From contig JAUCBJ010000011.1 in assembly GCA_032718475.1 (NCBI GenBank), positions 64,702 through 128,701 on the forward strand: a stretch of DNA of 64,000 nucleotides. The letters run 5' to 3'. The stretch's first letter is position 1; every line of letters starts with the position of its first letter. Of this stretch, positions 26,301 through 36,580 are shown one piece after another. The stretch is from Nemertoderma westbladi. Its lineage: Eukaryota > Animalia > Xenacoelomorpha. A model generated the notes under the pieces. The model made no database searches, had not been told where the DNA came from, and saw only the letters and a program-made list of their open reading frames with translations. The position numbers and the translations under genes were made by a program.

Positions 26301-29300
26301 GGCTTTCTACAATCTGCATTGAGTTTTGAAGCTGTCAACCTCAAAAATATCTCATCAATCGATGAATGGGACAATGCGAAAGATTTAATTCCCATTTCTA
26401 ACTGATGTGATTCTAAAAACAGCAGAAGTTTATTAATGTCTTCTGGTTTGGAAGAAGAAATATGGTAACAAACTTCCGACTGCGCTGCTTTATCCACCAG
26501 ACTAGCCGAGGGAACAAATTCATTAATAGTTTGTTCCAATAACTTGTAAACATTGAGTTGCTCTGCAGTATTGTTTTCTTCTGAGATGGAACCAGTAGTA
26601 GAACTAAGTTCAATGGAAGAAACTAATGACTCGACTTTCTGTTTGCGACTCGATATAGTTGGCAATGACTTGCCCACAATGTTGGTAATAGTTAGAAGGG
26701 AAGGTTTACGGAAGTTACGTACTGATTGCGATTTAGTTTCAGTCTTCCTTGCTGGACTGTCTGTAGTTGTGTTGAGGCCTAAAGCAGCAACATCCATGAG
26801 CTGAGGGGAAGAAACAAACAGACTTTGTTTGCTAACATCCGTAAAATCCAAACTCAATCCATTGGTTGTATCTGTCTTGGACTCATTGAATCCGCTATCC
26901 ATCATACCCGGAGTTGAAACTGAAATGGGGAGGCCATTAATGAACGCGATCTTCCGCACATCTTCAGTAACAGGTTCCAAATTACTATCAATAAAATCGT
27001 CCACACCATTAATCTGGTCCCTGAGGGAGAGTGTTAGATAATATCCGGAACCGAAACGACTCCGGAGGTAGACTGGGCTGCCGACACAGCTGAGTCGACC
27101 CTCAGACATTATGGCGATGCGGTCGCTAACAACATCGGCCTCATCCATGTTGTGCGTTGATAGAAGGATAGTTCGATTGGATTTCAGCTTATAAAGTAAA
27201 TCCCAAATAATTCGCCGGGAAAATGGATCAACACCGGAAGTCGGTTCGTCCAAAACAACGATCTTGGCATTACCAGAGAAGGCAGTGGCTATCGATAACT
27301 TACGCTTCATACCACCACTCAGGTTCCCAGCCTTCTTATTGGCTTCCCCACTGAGACCAGTTGCTATGAGAAGGTCGTCGATGCCCATAGCAACGGTGCC
27401 ATTACGCAACTGGCTGTAGAACTTGAGATGCTCAAGGACCGTGAGATCATTGTAGAGAACATTGTGTTGGGGACAGAAACCGAGAGTACGACGGATCTGT
27501 TGGAGGTCCTTCGAGAGTTCCATGTTGTTTATATTAACCTGTCCAGAGGTGGAGGGGAGTAATCCTACTAGGATCGACATTGTCGTCGTCTTCCCAGCGC
27601 CATTGTGACCCAATAGGGTTACTATTTCGCTGTCATATAAATTCAAACTCAACCCTTGGACAGCAACCATTGAACCATACAGCTTCCTCAGCTTTCTAAT
27701 CCTCACTGTAGGTTCAACATTAACATCGGAATCAACGAGTTCGAAACAATTACCGTCAGCGGGTTGGTCCGAATATTCCAGATCTCCTGAAGTAAAACTT
27801 GGGCTTTTATGAGAGCGAAACAGCGGCAGAACGAAGAAATACCAGGGCTGGGCCACACCAATATGGCCGGGCCAGACTTTCTCTATATACAAAGCAACCA
27901 ATAGATACAACACAGAGTCCATCATCAGCATGCAACATGCCTGGGCCAAACTAAAGCCATCGGTGACGATAGGCGTGCTCACAAAGTTACTGAACTGGAG
28001 GCCGACGCCCTGCTGCTCGTAGAAAGAGAAGTACTGACAGCCGTATCCAAAGGCAACGGGCATCGATAAACAAGCGATGTATTTGTATGAGGTGGTCATG
28101 TATTCGTCCCAATGTATACAAAATAAATACGGGAGATACATAATGAAGTAAATGACAGCACCACAAGCGGCAGCGAGATTCGCCTTGTCGAAGAAAACGG
28201 TGATAAGGAAACAAAGATTGACTGTCGCGAAGGTAAAACATATAAAAAATATAAGAATTATAAAGATGCTGGAATGTGATAGAATGCCACCGAACTTTAA
28301 TATAAACGAAAGTAAAACTGTTGTTAACCAAATCGTTGTAAAACTTGAGATAAACCAGCTGAGCCACAACGTTGATTCTCGGAGCCCCATAACCCGCATA
28401 ACCTCCTTGAGACGTTCCTCTTTCTCGTAGACAATGCTCTTAATCAGCATCGATATGGGGTAAACCCAAGCGAGGGTCATAAACAGTGGGAGAGTTCGGG
28501 AGATAGCCAGAACGAAGACGTCCCTTATGTAGCAAGGGTATGGGAACTGGTGGATGTAGACGCCGTAGTTGGTAGGAGCAGTGGGATCGGTTGCGTTGTG
28601 GGAGCTGAGGGGAACACTGGGATCGGTCGCATTGTGGGAGCGGAGCGGAGCAGTGGGATCAGTCACATTGTGGGAACGGAGGATGGCTGATATAATCCCG
28701 TGCTCGATCATATCCTGCAGGAAGACGAACCCCGAGCGGATGTTCTTCATATCGACGATGGGATCGGCCCGGGGTCCGGGGACCCAGAAGCGATCCCGGA
28801 TATGTCGGCTGGACTCCACTATCTCCTGCTCCATCCGGATCTTGTAGGCGACGTGTTGGAGGTCAGAGATCCTCTCTGGGGGATCCTCGAACACAATCCC
28901 GGCCCAGAAACCCCCAGAATCAATTAAACCCATCCCGAGTTCCAACAACTCTATCTCTGTGGTGACGCCCTCCCATTTATCGAGGACAGCGCACTCCGTG
29001 TAATTGAGAATCAATTCAATAAAATTATCAAACACATCGAGATATTCGCTAATTTGTTCTTGACTGTCATCCACGTCTATAAAGTATTGTATATTAGGAT
29101 CATTTAATATTGAATCTTTCCGATTCACCGAGGATTCCAACCAATCTCCCAGGATTACTCGCAACCTCGCGATCTGTTCGAATGTCCCGTTGGCTGCGGT
29201 TACCAGCTCCCTGGTTACTGGGGTATCTGGTGTGAATAAAAGCTTCCCAAACACAAATGGCTTGATGTACTGCCAGAAATAACGACCGACTCTGGAGGAT

Positions 29301-30412
29301 TGGATTTCTTTAAAGACGCCGTTACAGAAGGGAGTGAAGTCGGGGTCGTAAACGTAGTCGTCGACCTCGAGTTTATCCAAGTTCTCCTTGTCGTTACCCC
29401 GAGTTATTGATTTAGGGTTGAATTCCCCAAAGAATGAGATTGGTCCCGAGGCGGTTTCGAGATGCCCGCTGTGTCCGCAGACAACCATCTCCAACCGCAG
29501 TAACGTCTGGCTGGAATTGTCGTCGGAAAGTCCGTCAAGCGTTTCCGAATAGTTAAACACAGTTTCTAACGAAGGTAATAATTTAAATTGTTTCTCAATG
29601 TCGCTAATAAGTTGAGTAAAATTTTGACTTGAAGGCGAAAATAAGGATGATTTTAAATTCAGGTTAGGTATGCTTGATAAAATGGCTGGTATGTTAATTT
29701 GTTTAAGGAGAACATCACGAAACTTTTGCAGATCCTCAGGTTTTAGAACGCAGAGTTCCTTAGTAACTTGAGCAGAAAGATCAGGGTCGGGGGCCTTGAA
29801 GAAACCTCGGAGAAGCTCCGCATCACAGCGGATTCTACTTAAACTTTCAGTTCTCAACAAGGATGATATATTCCTAACGTCGATTTCAGTAGTCAGAAGA
29901 AACCCAATTACTTCAGGACTAATCCCTATTAACTGGAGTTCATTAACTACAGTGGTAGTATTGGGAATAAACTCTTCAATTGATTGCATAAACTTATCTT
30001 GTTCCAACGAACTGTAGTTGGTAAATGTTGCTAAATGCTCCAAATCCCGGAATATAAGCTTGAGCTCTTCCATTTTTACAGAGGCATCCATAAATGTCTC
30101 GATATTGTCCATTATTGCTGTAAGCGTCGAATTGGACCACTGGTTGTGTTCCTCTGTGACCAAAGAATTATTATGACATGTGTTCTGAGTTGTACATATA
30201 AGCGACTGTAGGAATGGAATAAGTCCAGCGGAAGGGAGAGCTTTGGAATCAAAGAAGCATTGACTTTGATATGTCGGCTCTTCAGCGTGTCTAACCGCTA
30301 CTAATATTAGAAACAACGCCAATGGTAATATTAGTTCCAGAACTAATCGCCGCCGTTGCCTCTTATGGAGTGTAAAATTCTTCCACAACAGTAGACGAAG
30401 TTGCGAAACCAT
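23378..30412 (-). CDS. ABC transporter subfamily A full transporter (ABCA1/4/7-like lipid exporter), 2344 aa, intronless CDS
   Basis: N-terminal 'QLRLLLWKNF' and 'KALPSAGLIPFLQSLIC', two large exocytoplasmic domains and two TMDs. NBD1 has GHNGAGKTT / LSGGMKRKL / LDEPTSG; NBD2 has GVNGAGKTS / LSGGNKRKL / LDEPSTG. The C-terminal 'DQVFVNFA' motif is typical of ABCA1-like proteins. Confidence 0.97.
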   Translation of the reverse strand: MVSQLRLLLWKNFTLHKRQRRRLVLELILPLALFLILVAVRHAEEPTYQSQCFFDSKALPSAGLIPFLQSLICTTQNTCHNNSLVTEEHNQWSNSTLTAIMDNIETFMDASVKMEELKLIFRDLEHLATFTNYSSLEQDKFMQSIEEFIPNTTTVVNELQLIGISPEVIGFLLTTEIDVRNISSLLRTESLSRIRCDAELLRGFFKAPDPDLSAQVTKELCVLKPEDLQKFRDVLLKQINIPAILSSIPNLNLKSSLFSPSSQNFTQLISDIEKQFKLLPSLETVFNYSETLDGLSDDNSSQTLLRLEMVVCGHSGHLETASGPISFFGEFNPKSITRGNDKENLDKLEVDDYVYDPDFTPFCNGVFKEIQSSRVGRYFWQYIKPFVFGKLLFTPDTPVTRELVTAANGTFEQIARLRVILGDWLESSVNRKDSILNDPNIQYFIDVDDSQEQISEYLDVFDNFIELILNYTECAVLDKWEGVTTEIELLELGMGLIDSGGFWAGIVFEDPPERISDLQHVAYKIRMEQEIVESSRHIRDRFWVPGPRADPIVDMKNIRSGFVFLQDMIEHGIISAILRSHNVTDPTAPLRSHNATDPSVPLSSHNATDPTAPTNYGVYIHQFPYPCYIRDVFVLAISRTLPLFMTLAWVYPISMLIKSIVYEKEERLKEVMRVMGLRESTLWLSWFISSFTTIWLTTVLLSFILKFGGILSHSSIFIILIFFICFTFATVNLCFLITVFFDKANLAAACGAVIYFIMYLPYLFCIHWDEYMTTSYKYIACLSMPVAFGYGCQYFSFYEQQGVGLQFSNFVSTPIVTDGFSLAQACCMLMMDSVLYLLVALYIEKVWPGHIGVAQPWYFFVLPLFRSHKSPSFTSGDLEYSDQPADGNCFELVDSDVNVEPTVRIRKLRKLYGSMVAVQGLSLNLYDSEIVTLLGHNGAGKTTTMSILVGLLPSTSGQVNINNMELSKDLQQIRRTLGFCPQHNVLYNDLTVLEHLKFYSQLRNGTVAMGIDDLLIATGLSGEANKKAGNLSGGMKRKLSIATAFSGNAKIVVLDEPTSGVDPFSRRIIWDLLYKLKSNRTILLSTHNMDEADVVSDRIAIMSEGRLSCVGSPVYLRSRFGSGYYLTLSLRDQINGVDDFIDSNLEPVTEDVRKIAFINGLPISVSTPGMMDSGFNESKTDTTNGLSLDFTDVSKQSLFVSSPQLMDVAALGLNTTTDSPARKTETKSQSVRNFRKPSLLTITNIVGKSLPTISSRKQKVESLVSSIELSSTTGSISEENNTAEQLNVYKLLEQTINEFVPSASLVDKAAQSEVCYHISSSKPEDINKLLLFLESHQLEMGIKSFALSHSSIDEIFLRLTASKLNADCRKPDNDYDVIDNSVVRKLIENGAEYKGKVNSYVSSSTQVNGECVREASQVAHLHGRELLWVRFTALIIKRYHGTKRNLKGFIAEVVLPIAFVCLAMAVMYILPSQDVQGSLELHPWWYNNPELYTFYTLGKDPNATQSKLLEDAVLSQPGLGTRCMTNYRVEGFPCLNSSTSTAYSRNISNIPSVSPNCDCSSGYAQCPATAGGPPPPVTKVNTSDLLVDLTGRNISDYLVKTMQKFILLRFGGLELSMAKTFGERNVSDYWRRLDERINAVEDAELLNQLQDIMSTLQQIRGVSSRRHNVKVWFNNKGWHSLVIYVNIMNNALLRASLPPELDPREYGITAYNHPMEATEVQLEHLYLRRVRLELTLAISILFALCFVPSSFVVYLISERVSGAKHLQMVSGVSVLLYWTSNLIWDMLKYTICISLCLIIFVAFQFSSYISPSNAPCSLCLFLLYGWAIIPIMYPFCFVFNVPSVAYVVLVSINFFFGMTTTVTVATLEMFRDDPELVAVASLLDQIFVIFPPYCLGRGLINMAFLEGLTTLMARFDLPFEAVNPFVWRENGRLLTTLAIQGTLAFMLVICIEYRLVIWRVVWDRVVSLLLWDGNIGNVEQPLCEHCEEEDVYSERRRVETSSGDQPDILQVINMVKSYTSRHEKVIAVNKLTFGVHKGECFGLLGVNGAGKTSTFRMLTGDIPMSSGSAAVNGNSIDSGANSSRQHLGYCPQFDGLHNLLSVSEHLYLYARLRGIPQSLIDHEVSSLIAELDLLHFRGKLAGRLSGGNKRKLSTAMAMVGSPPLLLLDEPSTGMDPKARRCLWAAVTAAVRRGQSVVLTSHLMEECETLCSRIAIMVNGRFVCLGSPFHLKSKYSQGCTISLRSTTDNVDNLLAEIPNVFPGAAVKDRHHNFVRFEYNSPSLARVFTQIQLWTTQGLINDFSVTQTTLDQVFVNFAKEQTVSQPVTSNSRGAIIEGANTAEVTV

Positions 30413-30414
30413 TT

Positions 30415-30768
30415 CTAAATTTATATATTAACAAGTCTCATCTACTCATAAATTATAATCTCAGGCCACAGGCGCATATTATAATTTCATTTAATTTATT
30501 TAATTTAATTTAATCTAGGCCTATTTAATCTAATTCATATAATTTAGCCTACCGTAATTCAGTAATTGGCTGATTGGCGGATTGGTACCGGTAGTCTGGC
30601 TGTCTGGTAGTCCAAACACAACATTTGTATAATGGCCTAGTTCTCTAGTTGTAGCCTAGCCCTACACCTACACCCTACTCAGTACTTCTACTACTTTACC
30701 TGTTTACAGCTTTACTTACTCCATACTCTCAAACATCAGTATCAGTAATCAGTATCACTCATACTCAC
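30415..30768 (-). other. Putative 5'-UTR intron of the ABCA gene
   Basis: Minus-strand donor AG|GTGAGT at 30768 and acceptor ATTTAG| ending at 30415, 2 nt before the ATG. Based on motifs only. Confidence 0.4.
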
Positions 30769-31276
30769 CTTACAGTACTCGCAGGCTACCGATAAGAAAA
30801 AAATGGTAGAAAATTTCCACCCCCCTAAAAATTCACCTTCTGGCTGTCTGGTTAAAATTCCCTACCGCCTGACCGCCAGACCTGTAGTGCATTTTCACCC
30901 CCAGTCAGCCGGTCAGCAGTCAACCGGTTAGAATTCAATAGGGTACCGGCAGACCTGTCAGCCGGTATTTGGCTTTATCCACTACCGGTATCACACAGCA
31001 AGCGTCACTTTTTCTATGGCAGTTATAGAAAGCATACAGTGTTATTTTATTTGGCTAGGCCGGTAATGTCACAAATCCGTACCCGTGGGCCGTGCATATA
31101 ATTTTTTTGCTCGAAAACAGGCAGACAGATCTCTCTGAGAAAAGACTCAAACTTTTTTTTTTCAAAATTCATTTACTAGCCGGTCTCCATGTGCCGTGGG
31201 AAAACACTCCGATATCTTCGGGAAGTTTGGGATTTTGGGAAAAAATCGGGTAAAAAATTTAATTATTGTTACCTCA

Positions 31277-31598
31277 ATTGTTACCAATTGAGGGAAAGGA
31301 GCAGGTTACAGAGGCAGCCTTTTCTAACCAAAACAATAAACGATATTGTTAACAATAGAGGGAAAGGAACAGGTTACAGAGGCAGGCTTTTCTAACCAAA
31401 ACAATAAACGATATTGACAGGTTACAGAAGCAGGCTTTTCTAACCAAAACAATAAACGGTATTGCTATCAATTGAGGGAAAGGAACAGGTTACAGAGGCA
31501 GGTTTATCTAACAAAAACAATAAACGATATTGTTACCAATTGAGGGAAAGGAACAGGTTACAGAGGCAGGCTTTTCTAACCAAAACAATAAACGATAT
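31277..31598. repeat. ~68-bp tandem repeat (~5 units) of a dispersed family
   Basis: GAGGGAAAGGAACAGGTTACAGAGGCAGGCTTTTCTAACCAAAACAATAAACGATATTG repeats. Single reverse-complement relatives occur at ~12868-12924 and ~58473-58530. Confidence 0.85.
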
Positions 31599-32127
31599 TT
31601 AACCATTAATAATTAAAACAACAGGTCAGGGTGTCTATATCAGTATATACCGGTACCTTTCTAGTTGGGGTAAAATTGAGTAAAACACTTTGCATTAGAC
31701 GTTCGAAAAAAAGTAAAATTCAGAAAAAAACAAAAATCAATGAAAATGTTTCGTGCTGCGCGAAGCGGAAAAATATGACATAGGCCTATTGAAATTTTTT
31801 TTGTTTTAAGTTGGTCACTATACAGCTATAGATGAAACCATATAGTTCATTATCATTATATTCAACTTTTTCTCACTATTTAGTTAAAGTTACAAAATTA
31901 AATTCCATCAAATTTTTCAAAATTACCGGTATATTAAAAAGATTTATAAATACCAAATTAATAATTAAATTTATATATTAATATAATTATTTAAATATTA
32001 GCAGTTAGCCTTAGCACCATTCAGCCATTAAACGGTTGATAACCAGTAATACACATTAATAGTAAAATACACAGTAATAATAGAAGTAGAAGCTTGAGTA
32101 ACCAATAATTATGAATTCTATTTATTT

Positions 32128-35100
32128 AGTTATCAAGCACCTTAGTAAAAAACCTGACCGGTAGGTGGTGTTACTTAGTACAGTAGTACCAAAGTATGTA
32201 AAAAAAACTAAAAAAGCAACAAGACCTACTGTACAGAAGACGTTGCATGCAATCAGTGATCAGCTGGCAGCAGCCAGCTGATCGGTAGGTTTCGCCACGC
32301 ATTCTCAGGAGGCCAAAGCCAGGAAATGTAGAGATAAATTCACAAAGGGAGACAGAACGAGTATTGAAATGAAGACTACTACTACTACAGTAGGATCGGC
32401 ATGCTGCATTGCAGCTGCATTTTTAAGAATGCTGTGCCGGCTTGTCGACAAAATTGCGCCGCCACAACTCCCTATCCCCCATGACATTTGCTAGATCATC
32501 CCCATCTTCAAGGCCAGTGTCCTTTAAGATGCGTCTCAAGAAAGTCATGGGCTGTCCACCATGCTTTTTCACTCCATGAGACTGCCAAAGAACAAGATTA
32601 TGCACTGGCTGGTCCTCACTGCGAAAGCAATGTCCTGCAAAGCGGAGGCGATTTTGTTCAAGTGTCAAGCTTGGGGGAACCAATGAGACACCTCCAATGT
32701 TATATATATATTTGGTCTTTCTGGAGTTAATAAAAAGACCAACACTAGAAGCAGCATGTTCTAATGAGCTGAGGAGCCGTTGGGCTCCCTCTAGTGATTC
32801 TGAGAGTACTCTCAGAAATCAGCATAGTATCAGATTGCTAAGTCATCAGCAAAGTCTAGATCAGTTAGGTACTTGGCAGGATTTCCTCGACTTCTGGAGC
32901 CAGTAGGTGGAGTTATCATCACCCCATCATCATTATGATGATCTAAGGACATTCGTAGAACATAGTCAACCACAATTATGAACAAGAATGATGCAAGTGC
33001 GTCTCCCTGGAGGACGTCCCATAACACTTCAAATGGTTCTGTGTCACCGTCAACAGTAGACACAAATGTTGTCGAACCACCGTATACTGATCTGATTGCT
33101 GCAATCATTTCATCAGGAATCCCATATAATGAAAGTATGCTGAACATACGTGAGCGAGAAACTGAATAAAAGGCCTTGACAAAGATAACATCCAGATGCC
33201 TGTCTTTCTTTTTTGATAACTCTTCAATTATCCTTCTAAGTGCCAAAATGGGCTCCATGGTCCCACGATCTTTACGGAACCTATTCTGATTTCCACGGAG
33301 CAGTCTCTCAATGGGATCCCTGATGCGATTTAATAGAATTCTATTGTATAGCTTTGCAGCAATCGAGATCAATGAGATTCCCCGAAAAGAACCATAGAGT
33401 GTTAGGTTGCCCTTCTTGGGAACTGGCACCAACTTATTTGTTTTCATTTCTTGTGGGACTCTTGTTGTTCGGTACATGTCTACTATGATGGGATACATGA
33501 TCTTTAAACATTCAGGTATTTTAAAGACCTCAGGGGGAACACCGTCTACTCCACTGGCACGATTGGTCTTAATGCTCTTAAGCCGCCTTCACTTCTGTAA
33601 AGGAGATATCGCCAATGGGAATATCTGGGAGTACAGACTCAGACACTTTTACTTCTATAAAGTTATCAGGCAATACCATGTCATTATTAATTAGCTTTTC
33701 AAAGTGGGACTTCCAGCCATTGAGGCGATCGGCTGGTGATTCAACCTTAACCTTGGTGGTTGGTTGGCTTTTCCGCCCAGTAAGCAAGTTGATCGATCTC
33801 CATGCCTGGGATGATTGCCTGCTGTCGTCAGCATCTTTGATGGCATCAACCTGTTGGTTTATTAGCTCCTGTAGATTAAGAGTACTGCCTGTTCAGGGAC
33901 CTAGATACAGCCTTAATTGCATTCTTGGCCGCTGTAGTCTGTTTGAGTCGGGACTCTTTCTACGCCTTATAGAGGTCATTTCGGCACTTCTGAATTTTGT
34001 TGTTAGTCCAGGGGGCCCTTTTCCAATTTCGAGGGTATACTGTTTCTGCAGCTGCTAACTTAATTGCTTCTGTGAAGGCAGTATAGCCCAACAGGCAGAC
34101 AGAACGAGTATTGAAGTGAAGAGAGAGGTTTTGTAGGTAACTAACCACTGGGAAGCAACACCACAAACTACGCCAATCAAGTTTCTGCTTGTTGATACTG
34201 TAGCGGGCTTGCGTGTTTGAATGTAATACATTTTCAAACTTTTCAAAGACTGGCCGGAATGGGTGTCTGGCAATTACACCTTGACATGTTTAAACAATTC
34301 ACACCAGTCAGTCAGACAACGTGTATTGGGCTCGCCGCGGTGCGTCATGATGTGTGGCTGTGCACATTCTTACCCTGTTCGCTCCCATCCTTGGCCGTCC
34401 CATCCTGGTGCTGTTTCCCCCTTACTGTACTGTCTTACAAGAGGGACAACAGAAAGAGTAAACGACATTAGACGCAAGGATGTCCGGGACGGGATGTTTT
34501 AAAGATGTGAGTGACTGGCGCAGTTTAGACGTAGTGAAAACGAACCGAACTGGTCGTGTGCAAGACCTGGGTATAAGTCCTCGCATCTTTCGAATAAACA
34601 GATCGGTCAGGGTCAGTCGGTTGCCCGACCTCGGTACTCAAACTTACAGATAATCGGCTTTGAATCATCAGCAGCTGCCTGGTCCACCAGGTCACAGACC
34701 TTGGCGGGAACAACTGTTGGTGCTGGTGCTCGCCCCCAGAACCACTACTTGCAAGCCCCCTAGCGGCTAGCACATGCTCTACCACCGCATCAGTATATTG
34801 GTTATTGCTTAGAATATTCTTAGCATCGCCATAGCGGTATAGAGTTGAGAACCATCACCACCCTTACTGGCGTTAAAGATGCGATGTAATATACCACGAA
34901 CTACTCCGCGTTTATAAGACTCAGGGGCATTGATATACTGGGCTCGTTCTCAATACCACTGCGTGTGCCCCTGCTGCCTGCGTCTTACAAACGGTGAGTC
35001 TTTGTAAGGGGGAATATGTTGGACACACCATCCAACCACTTGTTTGAACGCGATAGACAGCACCAGGATGGGCGGCCCGGATGAGAGCAATACTAGGGTA

Positions 35101-35580
35101 AGACTGTGCACAACCACATCACGACGCACCGCGGCGAGCCCAATACACGTTGGCTGACTGACTGGCGTGAATTGTTTAAACATTTCAAAGTAATTGCTAT
35201 AGTCACCCATTGCGGCCAGTCTTGTAAAAGCTTGAAATGTATTACATTCAAACACATAAGACAGCTATCAACTAGCAGAAACGTGATTGGCGTAAGTTTG
35301 TGGTGCTGCTTCCCAGTGGTTAGTTTCCTACAGACCTCTATCTTCATTTCAATACTCGTTCTGTCTCCCTTTGTGAATTTCTCTCTACATTTCCTGGCTT
35401 GGCCTCCTGAAAATGCCTTCAGCTGCGGGGCGAAACCTACCGATCAGCTGGCTGCTGTCAGCTGATCACTGATTGCATGCAACATCTAGCAGTCAAGGTC
35501 TTGTTGCTTTTTAGTTTTTTACATACTTTGGTACTAACACATCTACCGGTAAGGTTTTTTACTTAACGTACTTGATAAAC
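32128..35580. repeat. Long imperfect inverted repeat (arms ~32128-32375 plus 34123-34415, and ~35056-35580) with a ~640-bp spacer; left arm split by an RTE LINE
   Basis: The reverse complement of 35056-35580 aligns continuously with the two left pieces once the LINE is removed (e.g. TTGCATGCAATCAGTGATCAGCTG..., ACCACTGGGAAGCA.CACCACAAAC, CAACGTGTATTGGGCTCGCCGCGGTGCGTC). Confidence 0.85.
32376..34096 (-). mobile_element. 5'-truncated, internally deleted RTE/RTEX-clade LINE
   Basis: RT fragments 'VPVPKKGNL...RGISLISIAAKLYNRILLNRI', 'QGDALASFLFIIVVDYVLR', 'LDFADDLA' and C-terminal 'NRLRFAGHCFRS'. (GTA)n 3' tail at ~32376-32390. 26-bp TSD AGACAGAACGAGTATTGAA(A/G)TGAAGA at 32350-32375 and 34097-34122. 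Confidence 0.9.
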
Positions 35581-36580
35581 TATATAAACTATGTATAAAA
35601 CAGTAACTAGAAAGCCAGCAAGCTAGCTGGCTGGAAGGAGCCCGGGGGAAAAATCCTAGCCAAGACTATTACAAAGAACTATGTCAGTAAGCAGTAAGTA
35701 AACTAAACAATTGTCTAAACTGCAAGGCGTGAGGCTAGCTGACTTTGTGGCTCGCCCCACATAATAAACAATGCACAACTTAGCTACCACTAACAAAATT
35801 ATAATATGAAGCAAATAATTTCATTATCAAGCACGTTTACAAGATATAAGATACGATTCCCGAATATTTATAAAAAATGCCCATGATGCACAACCAGATA
35901 AATAACAACGAATAGAGCCAAATGTCAAATTTAGTTTCCTTCTATAGGTATTACCCCGTCGTCAAGCGGAATATCTCTTCCCAGTGAATCCTATGTGAAT
36001 ATGTAATATAGGTACTCCTTAGGCGGTAGGCCAGAGCGGGCTCCTTAAATACATGCAACTACTGTATTATAGTGTAGGTCAACTATAAAACATTTTGCAA
36101 TCCACAGTGAGTATCGACTGCAATAGGAGACAACACACTGCTTTGTGTAACTAAAATTCATTCTCTTGATCCACCCCCTAACATAGCAGAGTGAGTAACC
36201 TTATTGTAGATATACCTACTAGGAGAGCAATCTACTGGGAGAACAATCAGCTTATGGGGTAGTACATTACAAACCAACAGCTTATGTGTGAGTAAACATT
36301 GCCTTTCCTTATAGCCTACTAGTTAAACTTGGCAACCAACACGTTTTACTATATTATACCATATTTCATATATTAAGCCATATTTCATCATGAACACCAG
36401 CTGTTATTTTACCATTGCTTTTAATTTCGCGACAAAATAATGTCAAAAAACTAAATATATCGAATACCACACATAGAATCGATCTAAAATTTTGTAACGC
36501 GATTATGAACCACCAAAGCAATGTACTTGCAAAATTTCGTCAAAATCGCCAGGCAGGAAGTGCCTGAACCTGGATAATTA

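Noticed and set aside
23726-30017. Short antisense and overlapping ORFs within ABCA (and similar ones within pol, gag and ORF1)
   Set aside because: Shadow ORFs of real coding sequence with no recognisable motifs; the Cys/Leu/Pro-rich ones are antisense readings of the Ala-Lys-Glu repeat.
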